DNA of 56,224 nucleotides, counting the filler, from Platydemus manokwari (Eukaryota): NCBI GenBank assembly GCA_037951405.1. It is 5 parts of 5 records of this genome, joined end to end, with 100 filler letters (N's around TTAATTAATTAA, not from the genome) between each part and the next. Parts side by side here need not be neighbours in the genome. Positions count along the whole stretch, not along the records: positions 24,628 to 33,347 come from JBBMOY011360427.1; positions 33,448 to 44,392 come from JBBMOY011031078.1; 3 more parts are not named here. One strand, given 5' to 3'. Of this stretch, positions 26,475 through 40,350 are shown piece by piece. The position numbers and the translations under genes were made by a program. Numbering within the stretch: position 1 is the stretch's first letter; each line of letters begins with the position of its first letter. The notes under the pieces are model-generated. The model did no database searches and was not told the DNA's origin. It saw only the letters and a program-made list of their open reading frames with translations.

Positions 26475-29102
26475 TCCGAATCGTCATTTAAAATTGGTTG
26501 AAATTTAAACATTCCAAATCAGTTTCTTTAAAATATCTTCTGGCCTTGTTTCTCAACCTATCTTCATTCCTATTAATTTTATTTACTCCAATTTTTTTTA
26601 CTGTTTTATAATTTTGAAATTCATAATTAATTAAGTTTGGAGTTGTGCACAAATCAATACCCTTTCACCATTCGTCTATTGACAGCCAATAATTTTCTCA
26701 AATTTAATCACTTAAGTTTCTCAAATCACTACCAATGAAAACCCACTGGACCCATGTAAAGCTTGCCAATGACACCACTGAAACTCTCATCTTGGGTATA
26801 CTTGTAACCAAAAATTAACAAAACAATGCAGTCCCACAATTTTCTCCAATAGCGTAAGTACATGGAAATAAACTTTGAATAAATAACGAGCTCGAATTGC
26901 AGAATTTCATGCTGGGTTCATATCGTGTAGAACTGTGGAGCTCATTTCATTGCAAGGATCAGCCGAGCCTATGAGTTACTGATGAGGTGACACAATATTA
27001 AACAAGCTTAATTACCTATAAATATTAATTAAGTCGTAAAATAATTTGTATTGGAAAGAGAAAAATTTCAGAAATTAAATATTAATATCAAAGAAATAAA
27101 TTAAATAAACTACCAGCCATTGGCTTCTACGAAAATGTCGTAAATAATGAATAAATTTATTCAATTTTACTCGCAATTAACGAATATATTTATTTACTGT
27201 TTTGGAGAAATTTTGAAATGCTGTTAAGAAAGGTTTTTCAAGAACTTCACATATTTGAGAAGTATTTAAGGGTGTGAGGGAAAACATATTTGTATTCAAA
27301 TTATTCTAAAATTCATATTTGTATTAGAGGATGATTGTTTTCTGGTGCGTCCTCATTCCATGATTGGAACTACAAATGTATAGTATGAAAGGGATAATTT
27401 GTATTCTTATTAATGTGAATATTATGTATTTTAATTGGTTGAATGTTTTGATATATAAAATTAAATCGAAATGGTGTAATTATTAATGAATCCGCAAGTT
27501 TATTTAAGATAGCTCCTGAAGTAAAAGGAAGGTTGAGGAAGAGTTATTTTAGAAGGTAGTGAAAGATTCCTTGATAACTTTGACGAATTTGATATAATTA
27601 TGAGATTATAATTACTAATCTTAACGACAAAATTTTTACATGTGACTTGCCGTCATACGAGGCTGTTTATGTATTTTTCTTTTGTTTTCCTATCCCTTTT
27701 GTCCTTGACTATGATTGGCCCGTACATTTTATTAATTTTCTAGTTAATTTGCCTGTTACCAAGGCAATGCTCATGTCGTCATGACAACCTGCATTTAATT
27801 TATGTGTGGCAATGTACATTTTTGGAAAAACGGTTATTAATTTATTTTAAAGCATGTAAATGTAAATGTTAATACATTTTGCTATGATACAGATTATTGC
27901 TCATAATGAGCTTTAGCAATGTTTGTGTGTTCCATAGGCTAATTTATTAAGTTGTATCATTCATGACGTTTTATATGAACTAATATGAATTCATTTCTAA
28001 ATTTAAAAATTATTAATTTTATTTTCTAACACAAATCCAATGGGCCCTGCGTTGAAAAAGATTTAATGCCCTTTATGTTATATTGATATTCAATGTACAC
28101 TTTTAACGTTTCAATACAATGTTCCATTTTACTTTTCAATTTAACATCAGACTGCTCTCCAATTTGGTTCGAGTTAATTGAGAATTGCGATACAATTTGC
28201 CTCACTGTTTATACTATTACCGTGTTGGTCAACTCCTTTATTTTTTGTAATTAATTTTTATTTATTTTTTTATAATCTCAACATTTTTAATTTGCTACAT
28301 GAATACCCTTTATACTTTAAATCTTTTGTTAACTAGTAAAGCAAATTTATTTTGAATTTTCTGCAATAGCTTTGCTGCAAGAAACTCGACGACAGGTTTC
28401 CTATGAAATAATTAAACTATTTGTAGCTCTTAATAAAAACTTGCCAAATATTTTGTTTCAGTAATATTTATACTGAAAAATTTTATTATTTCTATTATAT
28501 GTTAACTTTATTGTTCGTTTATAAACACCAAAAATAATAAAAATAATAACGATATTTTACCACATAACCTCAGAATATTACCCAATATAAAAGAAAAATT
28601 AATAAATCCATTATCGCTATATATAAACATTGGTCGAAATAGCATCAAATCAATACAGATACATATAAATTAGTAAAAATAATAATCAATGCCCTCATGC
28701 ATTTAATCATAAATGAAGCACACCAAAGGGATGTGCATTAAAATTTAAGTAGAGCTGACGTTATTTTACGAGAAAATTCGACAAAGTATGAATTAAAGCT
28801 ATTTGTACCTTTCAACTATAGTGGTTGGACAGTTCTTGATACGGGAGTTTGTCATAGTAGGTAGAAGACATTTCAGTGCTAGTAAGTTTCATCAGAAGGA
28901 TCCTGGAAAAATCCCCGTTTCTTGATCCTCCCTGATAATTTATTGAACAGTGCTTTATCAAATAAATTTTCCAATCAGAAGTGTGAGTTAATCTCACTGA
29001 AGATTTGGATTGGATTAGATAGTCAGAATATAAATGTAGAGTCAAGTTTTTGTAATACTTCAATGTTTAGCATACAACTATATATACATTCATATTTGTG
29101 TT

Positions 29103-29828
29103 CCGTGTTTTCTGGACTATAAGGAACACATTAAAACAGGTTGTTAGTTAAATTTTAAGGAATGTATATTATAAACCGCCTGATATATTCAATTATTTTA
29201 CATAAAAATCAAGAGAAAATCCTTTTCCTCAGATATTCTAAGGAAGACCACTAGCAAAGGAAGGATGTATGAAGATTTGAAGTTTTTGTGAGACGAATTG
29301 ATGGATTTTTCTACCAAATACTATCTCTTCTAATCAATGACTCCATGGCCTCTCATATCACTGAAAGAGTGAAAAATTTTGCAAGTGGCACACCTATTCG
29401 AGTTTACCAGTTATTCGTGGCGGCTTTGCCTAGCTTTAATCACTTCCAATAGGTCATTTAAGTCGAAGTTGAGATTGAAGTGGAAAAAAAATAGATGGCA
29501 GAAATGGAACTTACTTTCACACTACAGTAAGCTATACCACATCTTGTCATTGGATTGTGTAAGCATGGAGGAAAATAGAGGTTTCAATAATGATCAAAAG
29601 ATTTATTCAGGCTAGAATACTGAAAAAAGATAATGACGATGTTAGTATCACTGAATATAATATTTTAGATGATGGAGGCCTTAAATCGTGTGTTACATTT
29701 TGAATTTGGCACATTAGTCAGAGAGCTTATTTTGAGGGTACGCTTTATGATCCGGTACGTCTTATTTATGAAAATAATTTACACAAAGTTCATTTTTTAG
29801 GTTGCGATTTATAGTTCGGAAAATAGGG
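29103..29828 (+). mobile_element. pogo-family DNA transposon, internally deleted and degenerate
   Basis: Left TIR CCGTGTTTTCTGGACTATAAGG; right end TTATAGTTCGGAAAATAGGG|TA (reverse complement CCCTATTTTCCGAACTATAA). Internal frameshifted DDE-domain remnants LLINDSMASHITERVK, VIRGG, NRSFKSKLRLKW and WIVxAWRKI. Confidence 0.8.
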
Positions 29829-32061
29829 TACTTCAAAATAAATTCTTCTTCTTTTGTTTAATGAATTTAGAATGGGTATCAAGAAAAATCAATTCTTAAC
29901 ATTACAATATAACATCTCTTGATTCTAAAATTGATATGATAAAATCAATTTTCATTTTTAACCTGCCTATTTCAAGGATTGTTGATTACATGATTACACG
30001 GTAAAAGTTCATTTATTATCTTCTAAACAACACGTAGCAATTTGTAATGGACTGGAGATAAAAGAGTCAGATTTATCAAATCATGTGTTCCACAGATTGA
30101 ATCGCAGCTTTTTAATTTCGTTCGCCATGCTTAATTAGTCTGGCAGTTAATTAAAAATAAAATAAATACAAAAGGAAATTTTTTTCTGTTAAATATTTCT
30201 AGGATCTTGTTAATGTGTTCGTTTTTTCGATTAGTAGCAAATTTTAATTGAAAAAAAACCTAAACTAATATTTCGTGTCTGTGCTGTGGTGGGATATTTT
30301 ATATCAGTTATCATTGGATCTCTAGATTGCTTCAGTAACTCGTATGATTACAATGTTATCGGAATAATAAACAGAGCTATCTAAAATTATCCGAATGGGG
30401 TTTCAATCCCCGTTGAAACTAGGATGAGCATAACTTTGCTAAGCCAAAATAAATTATTAATTGTGATTGGTAGAAGGAATCCATTTATATCGTAATTCTC
30501 AATAGCAGATCAATAATTGATTAAATAGAAACGCTACGAATTGATTTTAAAATTTAATGTAATATTATTAAGATGAAATATTATTTAAATTACCTCTTAA
30601 CTTAATAGTGGAACAGAATTTGTTCATAGAAATCCACGGACAAAATATTCAAGGATTACAGCAACTTCCGACAAAAATATTGTCTTCTTCTGAGTAAGAA
30701 TTTTACTTTATGGAATACTTCTCAATTAGATTCGTCAGTTGACAAATATTTTTCTTCTTTTAAATAACTACATCAAAACTACAAATAATACCATCGGGGC
30801 GTGAAATGATTTCGTCAAATATTTTCTCGTTGATTTTGAGATAATCGTATCAATTGTTTACGTGTTGAAAAATAACTGAGCTGCTCTAAAATACATTCAG
30901 CTTTTATACCACTTTTTGGTATGAGTGGTTTCTAGATTGTTATCGTTTTATTAATATATGATCACTTGTATTTGTTCGTTTATTTCATGTCATTAAATTT
31001 TATACTTCTGGTTTCCATTTCTGTTTGTTCGTAATTTCGGTGAATCTTAATGCTCGTTCTAGCTTAAGCTCAGTTATCCATTTCCAAGAACCTAAGACAG
31101 GCAATCAAAAAAGATACTGCTGTGGGGAAGAACTGTTGAAGATGTAGTCCTGTTTTGTTAGTTTTTTAAACTGGAAACTAGTTGATACAAAGTAGCTCGC
31201 AGTGCTCTTATTTTACTCTATTTGAGGCCTTGCGCTTTACGCAACATTTTTTGAAAATTTCTCATTTTTTAGTTCGATTTATTTGAAGTGCTTAGTAACT
31301 TTTAAAATATTGATTTCCGAGTTATTTTATTTATTTATTATTTTATATAAATTTATTTTCACATTGTTAGCTTATTGATTATATTAATTCATTTGTCTAC
31401 CAATCTATTAATCGTCTTATCGTATTAGTAGCAACTAATTGCAAATATTGATTTTACTATAAATAATTATATAAATTAGCTAGCCGAAATTGAACACATT
31501 ACCAGCTAAGAACTTTTAGGCCTCTTAAGTGTGTCAGAGATTATCAGGCCACTGTGTTGAACTAAAAGGAATTTTCGTATTTTACTATTCTTGTTCATGG
31601 GTGTTCCTATTTACAAATACTGGATACATTCTATGAATAACAATCATATAATCGATATATTTAAATTCTGAATATTTGTGTTATTGGGTGACTGAATTTT
31701 TGTGTCAAACATATATTTTGGAAGACATGAATCACTGTTCTTTGGGTCGAGGTAAAAATGAAATGTTAGAAATGGACACCCGATACATAACATAATATAA
31801 ATAAAAATTTAAGAAAAATTACCGGTTTATTAAAATTATCTGTATATTCAAAAAATTATTTTTTAAAAAATATATGCTACTTTTTTACTTTGAGCACTGA
31901 CTTATGGGCAACAAGCTTCGAATCCATAACTAATATCAAAATTGCGGAAAATCTGTCAAAATTCTGTCCTCAACGACTCTAACAATTACAAAATAGAATT
32001 TTCAATAACAAGCATTCTCGTAAGTTTAGCGCAATATAATTACTTAGAGGTATATTTAATA

Positions 32062-32568
32062 CCATGCGATTCATAAGTCTCCGTCTCCAGAACAAAATAA
32101 AACAACACTAAGAACAAACTAAATGTATTGAGTTACTTTAATGAACAACAAAACACAATAGCAGTAAGAACGAATAACGATAAATAATAAGCTATTTTGT
32201 TGATTTATGCCATCATTCTCTTTTACAAAATTTACCACCTTTTCCTTCATGATTTCATCAGACGGCCTTCTTGATCGCAACCTAGTAGATAAGTTTCCAG
32301 TTTCTTCAAACATCTGTTTCCAGTATTGCACTGTTGTCTTAACCGGTGGTACACTATTGAAATGTTCTTGAAATTCTTGGCAAGTTTTAGCTCTACTCTA
32401 GTACAAAATTGCAGCGGCTAACATATTGTAATAATGTAACTGATTAATAAGAAATAAGAAATAAAGTACATTAATCAGTGAATAATAATTAATATCAATG
32501 AGTAGAAATGATATTGTGTTTTATTGTTTTGTTTTAGTTTTGGAGTAGGAAACTTATGAATAGCACGG
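32062..32568 (-). mobile_element. Tc1/mariner non-autonomous element (507 bp) retaining the transposase N-terminal HTH
   Basis: TA|CCATGCGATTCATAAGTCTCCGTCTCCAGAAC versus the reverse complement of the right end TA|CCGTGCTATTCATAAGTTTCCTACTCCAAAAC. Internal minus frame SRAKTCQEFQEHFNSVPPVKTTVQYWKQMFEETGNLSTRLRSRRPS resembles the DUF4817-type HTH plus GRPS linker. Confidence 0.85.
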
Positions 32569-33347
32569 TATATTTATAATTTTGATATGGAATTATATTC
32601 GTGTGATATTCCAATAATATATGGAGTTGAATGTTATTTAATAAAATAAAATTTTCAACACAAATCTGTTTAAAAAAAGATTCTTGCTTCGAATGATTAA
32701 ATGGATTATTTTTGCATTACACAACACTAAATCGATTATATTTAATTGGCATCATCTAAAATAACATAAGGAGGTTTGGGATAAAATTTCTGACCAGATG
32801 TAATTAAGAACATTTTAACCGAACCCAGCTGTCTGTCTGTCAGTGTTCGATAAGAATCTCACAATAAAATGAAATTATCTCATTATTTTTTGAAGGAATT
32901 AGGAGCCAAAATATTATTAATCGACATTAATTTCCATCTTAATCTACGTTATGGACAATGTATGAAACACGATTTCGTTGTTAGTAGATCCATTTATTCA
33001 CAAATCAACCATTAACTAGAACCGCTATTAAAGTGTGCTCATATTGGTGGAAATAGTAAACGATAATTGCAACCATTGAAGGAAACTGTAATCGTTGTAA
33101 TTGGGAATTAATTTTCACAGAATAAATTTCTTGAGAAAGGGCCAATAATTAATTTCTTGTTTCAATCTACTTATACGAATAATAATTCAAGAAATGGGAT
33201 GCAATTAACGACTAATTCTTGAAGAAATTTATTAATGTTTACTTCATTTATATATTCAAAGCGTTTTAAATTTTTTTTACGATTTTTGAATTTTTTTTTT
33301 CAAAAATTCACAAAATGGAGAAAATTCGATGATATTGAAATATTCTC

Positions 33348-33447
33348 NNNNNNNNNNNNNNNNNNNNNNNNNNNNNNNNNNNNNNNNNNNNTTAATTAAT
33401 TAANNNNNNNNNNNNNNNNNNNNNNNNNNNNNNNNNNNNNNNNNNNN
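33348..33447. other. Artificial contig-join spacer
   Basis: N44-TTAATTAATTAA-N44. Confidence 0.95.
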
Positions 33448-34209
33448 TAAATTTTGTTTTGTTTGTGTTTTGTTTTTTTTGTTTAGCGAAAAAACCGGAA
33501 AGGAATTACCGACACACCTGGTATGCCCAGTATTCTACTGGAAGATCTATCAGCAAGATCGTTTATTTATAAAATCTCATATTTCCATATTTATAACAAT
33601 CTCCATATTCGCTGTACTGTGTTCAAATTCTTTGAGGTAACTCATTTTACTCCTCTAAGTTGTTTATGAACCGTATTATTCTTGAATTGCAAAAAAGAAT
33701 TGTTCAGCATTTGAGTTCATGTTTTAGTTTTATAAAAATGCAATTTTTATATTTTCGTTGATTGTATTTAAGTAGTAAATGCTTTTATAAAAAATATTGT
33801 TGTTGATTCTGTTGGAACATGAAATAAGGAATCATTTCAAATTAGCAAAATTTTAATTTTCATCAATTCAGCACTTCTTTGGTAAAGATGTAGGAGAATG
33901 TAAAGTTATAAAATTAGACAAGCAATAATTGAATGACCATATAATATAAGCTTTATCACAATAGGATAAGTAAGAAGCAACTTAGAAGACCTGCTCATAT
34001 AATTAATTAGCCTAATGGCAGTGCCGCTCATCTCGTCTTCATACGCACATTAGAAGCAACATTAAGATTTATTACAACCGGTTAATCTTCGGAACTCCGA
34101 AGATTGATTAAGTCACTTACATTACCAAATGATGCCAGAAATTATAATAAAAATAATAAAATAATCGATACGACCTCAAAAGTAAGAAGTCTATCATTTA
34201 ATTTATCGC

Positions 34210-34211
<2 letters not shown>

Positions 34212-34252
<41 letters not shown>
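34212..34252. repeat. (TTA)n microsatellite; possible 3' tail of a minus-strand LINE remnant
   Basis: On the minus strand it reads AATAAA followed by (TAA)n. Further upstream, SKFFFKRIVKNF weakly resembles the CR1/L2 ORF2 C-terminal FFSNRVV motif. Confidence 0.75.
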
Positions 34253-37200
34253 TTATTCTCAAACATTTCCTCCTTTTCCATTGACATAAAACATAAAATA
34301 AAGAAAAAATAAAGTTAAAGGCAATGAATTGAAGACAACTGAGGATTTTCATGTCTTTTCATACACCATAGGTTTCATAAACACAAAATAAAACACAATA
34401 ATTAAATAATCCTCATGAATTGTCCATATCCAAATTTTGTAAATTTGATTATGGGATTCGACTTTGCATTTCTGCTACAATTGAACCAATATTTTTGGGT
34501 TGGAAAATTTGAAGTTTTTTACTATTCGTTTAAAGAAAAACTTTGAAATAATATTTGAGTTCCCTATTCCTTTTTATTATTTGGGAATAGTAAAAGGCTC
34601 TCTCAAACAATTCGGAGTCTTCCAATTATTGATCAACCCGTTTTATACTTTTCAATAGAAAAGAAACGAAATGAAACGGGTAAGATTGAAATCTGTAATT
34701 ATTATCAAACACCACTCCACTCCACAAAGAATATTCTGAATTCCAAGACTCTGAAACAGTCTAGAACACCTGAATAATTTATCAACCTGGAAATAATTTC
34801 ATCAAATATCAAACTGTTGAAATTCAAAAGACAAACCATTTCCAGAGTAAAGAACTGAATTGAAATGAGATATCAAACTGAGATATACATTTTGTACATA
34901 ATCAATTTAATAAGAACTCGATCGAGATATTAAAAAAATTGTTCAATATATTAATAAATAATGTTACCAAATAAATTGACAATACTTATTTCAGATATTG
35001 ATCAGGATGATTTATAATGATTTATTATAACTGTTAGCAATGAATGGCAATTTATTTTTTGCTAACATTATAATTGATTAATTCTCTCAAAATTTAATTT
35101 AACTATGATATTTATCGATTTTATAAATATGGTGATTTATAACTTCAATGTTAGATGTAACTTAACAGTAATTCGAAGCATAAATATGTTTAATATGTCG
35201 AATATGTCAAAAATAAACTTTTAAAAACTAATTAAAAATTAGTAAATAAATATTTTTTAAAAAATTCTAAAAGAAAATCATTAATAATATACTTAAATCA
35301 AAAATTAAAAATCAATTGAGTATTGTAGAACAATTTGTTTAAATAAATCAAATTAATAATGTGTCAGTAATATTATAGTTATTTAATAGTTACAACCACC
35401 AGTCTTTCGCGGTCGTTAACTTTCAATCTATCTTAATTCTTTTGTGTGATCATTCTGATAGCCAATTTTTTATGGTCGTTATTTCTTTTGCTGTTTGGCC
35501 TTTTAGGTGCTGATCACATTGTAAATTGTTGATTGACTTTGTTCTCCTGAGCTTGATTTAAAGTGCGAATATTGACAATTGGATTTTAAAAGCGTAACTT
35601 TGTAATTATAATTGCAATTTTGAACATTTAGTGTCGATTGATATCTCATTAGATAAATCTTTATGGGCAATAATCATTTTCTTGTTTGATTTTTTAATCG
35701 ATTAAGAAGACAGATATGGTCGAACTGATCCTAATCAATTAATTTTTCATAAATTTAAACCTGCCTTTTCATCTTTCATTGTATAAATACGAAAAATTTG
35801 CGATGTACTAATATGTGACGTTAAAATGTATTATCTCACTGTTGGTTCTTCCAGTAGAATACTGAGCATATCCTGATCCTAATCTCCGGCAGAAAATAAT
35901 GTTGCGTCCTGGTTTTCGTTATGTAATAATTACGAATGTAATTATTGCATTCAGTGTCTTATAGAGGCAGTAATGACTCATTTCTCCACGAATATTTATT
36001 TAATTCAGTGCATATATCTTTATTGTACTGAAATTCACTGTGGTAAGGAGAAATTCTCTGCAATTAGACGCACGGCTATTTATTTTATTCTAACTAATTA
36101 TTTTATTTACTGTGAGCGATAGTTCATTTTCCTCGATTATTTTATCGACATTTTGAATTTATGAAGCGCGATAACTAGTGAATTCAGTAGGAATATTGTT
36201 TTAATAGGTGAATTTATTATGGGATAATTTTAATGGGTTTCATTTGTTTATATTAATGCCGAGTTTAGTTAATAATTAATGAGTTCATTTAATACCGGGA
36301 TTTTGTTAATTCTAAGGGTTTTTATTTGGGGTTTAATTTATATTGAATTTTTGTTGTTCATAAAGCTTCCTGAATTTACATTAAAATGTTCAATGTTATT
36401 TCAACATGCAATAAATACTTTTATACACCTAATAAAATATTGTAGAGTGATACTGATTATCTTAGCTTTTTAAAAATTTTGAAGAATATCTCAAAACCAA
36501 CTATATTTTCTAAATAAATTCAAGAAATGTGAAATCTTATATAGCTGGTTACCAGTCGTAATTAGTCAGACAAGAACTAACAAACAATGTATACTTTTTT
36601 CTTGTAAATTATAATTATAATTTTTGCTTTTTTGTGGAAAATCAAAAATAATGCTAACCAACAATATAGACATAAAATCAATAATTTTTATATGTGGATG
36701 TGTTTCTACAAAAGGGGTATGCAGTTTTTTATTTGTTTATTCCATTTTCGTTCTTGATTGATGAAGAATAAGCTCAAATTAAAAATTTAAAATATAAATG
36801 CATTTTCTGATAAATATACTTCACGGAAATAAAATGTTGGTTTTTGAAAAATATTTTTGTATATCATTGGAATCATTCATTATTAGGTAAAAATCTAATT
36901 TAAAATAAATTATTGGGTTCGGAGCCTAATAACTTAGAGCTTCCTATTTGACTCCAATAAATTTAGCCACTTCGCTTAAATAAGTGGTAATAATTTTATT
37001 AAGCAACAATTAAAATTTATACACAGATTATTCTGCTATATTTCGATTCGAAAGCCAATATTGTCTTTAAATTGTTTTGAAAATACCCGCTGATCTTCTG
37101 ATTGCATATTGAGCCATCACAATTATACATAGCAGTACAAATAGATCAAAATCCTTTAAATTAAACAATTTTTATGGCTACTAGAGAACACAAAAAATAT

Positions 37201-39049
37201 TTGCACCTTAAAAATTTAAAATAATTCTTCAATTTTTTCATAAATTTATTGGCCATTCTTTCAGATATGTCTCTATTTACATACAAGAAATTACAGAAAT
37301 TGTTACTCAATCTGTGGCAATTATAATCCTCACTTTCATGGCTTTCAATGAATTTGAGCTCAGCCTTCCCCACAGATAATTTTTCTATCTGATAAATATT
37401 ATTTATTTTTAATATTATCGATATTTAACCCTTCGAACAATACTTATAATATAAAAGGTGAATGTTTAAGATCACGATAGAAATTAAATTACACACCACA
37501 AATTTAACAGATTATTATATTATTAAACTGTCATTCTTTTGATAGAAGTTTAAAAGCTTTACAGATGGATTTTTTAAATCCTTACCGCAGTCTCCATCAT
37601 AAAACTTGATCTTGATTTTTATTCGTCATTATAGCACATTATCATATTAAATATAATAATACAGTGACGTAAATGGACGAGTGCTGTCTCTTTCCAGATA
37701 ATGCCGATAGATTTTTCAAAAATATGAAATGAAAATATTTTATAATATATTATTATAAACTATAAAGACAAAGACGTTATATATTTCACCAATCTTAAAA
37801 TATTATCTAATTTTTATTGTCAATTTATTACGTCGGAGATCTAATTATGTCGGAACTATGAAAACTTTAGATCTTTCAATTTCTTTTGAATCCATTTTGC
37901 TTTAGAATTTGAGTTCAAATTTGAGAGTACAGATCCACTTTTGAAGAATGGCATGTTTTTATTTTAGATAATATATGTAATCGGATAAAATCAAAAAATA
38001 ATATCCAATATGTCGATGAGTTAATAACTCAGTGCCTTGCTCCTCCAATTTCGATAAGTTTTATCAATCGAGAGTTGACCTTGTCTATTTTAAATCGAAT
38101 TGTCAAAGTTTATTCTATGAATTCAAATTATTTGCTGTTCCATTTCTCATGCTTGTTGATGCTACTTCGACAGAGCAAGTTAAAAAGGTTGAAAGTCAAC
38201 TATTGACCATATCCAATCCGATACCAATGGAAATTTACTACAAAACCAAATATATCGATGGATTACCTGTTGTGATTATCAATAATTTAATGAATAAATC
38301 CTCAAATAATTGACAGTGTGATAATAAATACTAAACGGTGTAGAAGACAGATTAATTCATTCCAATCATTCCTTTGACACCAAATAAATTCCTTTGTAAA
38401 ACTATTTGATTTAATTTTTTATCAAATGATTTTTAAATTTTTGCTAATTTTCGTTTCATTTAGACATACACCGATAATTATAGATCAACATAATAATAAA
38501 TCATTTGGTGTACAACTCCAGTAATTTGTTTAGATAGTTTATTTCATTGTCACCGGGATTATAAAAACGGTGCACTGTGATAGAAAAATATAACTAACAA
38601 ACTTGGAAAGATATTTCTGGTATTTTGTTTATACTAGTTCTTAACACTGCCAGTAGAATCATAAGAAAATATAGACAGGTGATGGCTGTGTATTAATTAA
38701 ACGGAAAGAATACGTTTAGTAATATCAATGAATGTAAATAATAAATCACCGAAATGTCATTCCATTTTTTAGAAATAATATTAAAACAAAGTTATCTCAT
38801 AAAACAAAGAAATTATTTTTAACTTAGATATATTAGGTATGGGAAATTCTCATGGTGATAACCACCGTTTGACACTTCGGAATCATTGTTTAAACATTTT
38901 ACATTTAACATTTTACATACCTACTTAATCATACTCGCATTTTAACTGACCAGTCGGAAGCAACATATAATGATGGTCTCAATTTGGTACACCACATGAC
39001 CGCATAAAGACACATACACATGCATTGGCCAATTCAAGTTATGATAAAT

Positions 39050-40350
39050 TAATTAATCCAATTAAGACCTTGAAAAGCAAAATCTGTAGTGAAAGTGGAA
39101 TAAAAGCAACAAGTGCAAAAATTCTGATTATAAATTACTTTTCAAACAATGCTTGTTAACAGTTGGAGTCCGAGAAGAGATTTTTATTATTGAACTCAAT
39201 AAAAGATTTGTTAACCATCACGATTTTATTGTCTTAGCCAACAAAGTCATTATGGACTTCAATATAAGAGGATTTTACTGACAGAAGCTTTCGCATTAAT
39301 TATTAAATATTTTGCCAAACTAAAATTAGTTCTCTAGCATATGATAGAACATAAAATGACATTAGACTCCAGTCCTATTACTATTTTATCCACTGTTCTG
39401 TAAGATTCCTTAATTCTAGTCTTGGTGGTGTTCATCTGCTTCCAAAGAATTCATACTATTTCATTGAACTATATAAGAATTTCCTATATATTCGAACTGT
39501 TTCATATGTCCAAATACTCCGGGATAATAGTGAACGAAACCATATTCTGTATAGCATTTGATTGCTAACATCAATATCCATCTGTCTCAGAACTACCAAG
39601 CTGCCAGGATTTTCAGTTACAAATTCTTATTTTGAATATTTTTAATTTGATATTCTGAGAACTATGCCAAAATTTACAGAAAGTCAACTGTGTCTTCGAT
39701 AACTTTAAAAGAGTAAACACATTTTTTCTTCTCTTCTCAGTCCTTTTTCATTAATACCGAGTATTTTAACCAAAATAAAATTATCTATAATATTATCTAT
39801 TAAATCTAACTCTTTTTGGAATATCACCTTTTTTAATTCCCTTCGTTCTTACAATTCCTTCCAGCTTCTCTCTAATAGTCTTGACTAGATATCCAAACTA
39901 TATCTCTTTATGATAAGCTTGGTCTTTTTATTGTTCTTGGTGAATTTTAACTTGGTTTTTTCAATTTTCCTCCACATTCCATTCATACAAGATCAATATA
40001 TTTGACGTTCTGGTAACTAAATATTGAAATGGATGATTTTTAATAACATTTTGTTTTAAAAGTAGATGATGTTTATTTCACAAAGTTATTTGTGGTTCGT
40101 TCTGGATGACTACTGTTGTTTGTTTTGAAATAAATTCTCGAATAAGATTAGGTAGAAAAGAAGTCAAATTAATAATTCTGGTCCTGTATAAATTGTCTGG
40201 TCAATGCTGATCACTGAACAGTAACTGCTCGAGATTAATTCCACGCACTCCAAAATGTTGTTTATCTGATATGTATTTTATTTCCTTATCAACGTCTTTG
40301 TGTATCAGCATAATACACGTGTATAAGCAAATTGCTGACCACTTGTAAAT
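39050..40350 (-). mobile_element. Highly degenerate non-LTR (LINE) ORF2 remnant
   Basis: Broken minus frames CIMLIHKDV...NLYRTR (weakly APE-endonuclease-like), followed by Lys/Arg-rich linker-like sequence; many stops. Confidence 0.3.

Noticed and set aside
34104-34289. ORF with a poly-Leu signal-like stretch
   Set aside because: Translation of the (TTA)n microsatellite.
38032-38313. 93-aa ORF with FLMLVDATST resembling a retropepsin DTG motif
   Set aside because: The catalytic motif is not intact and no supporting gag/pol context is recognisable; at best LTR-element debris.
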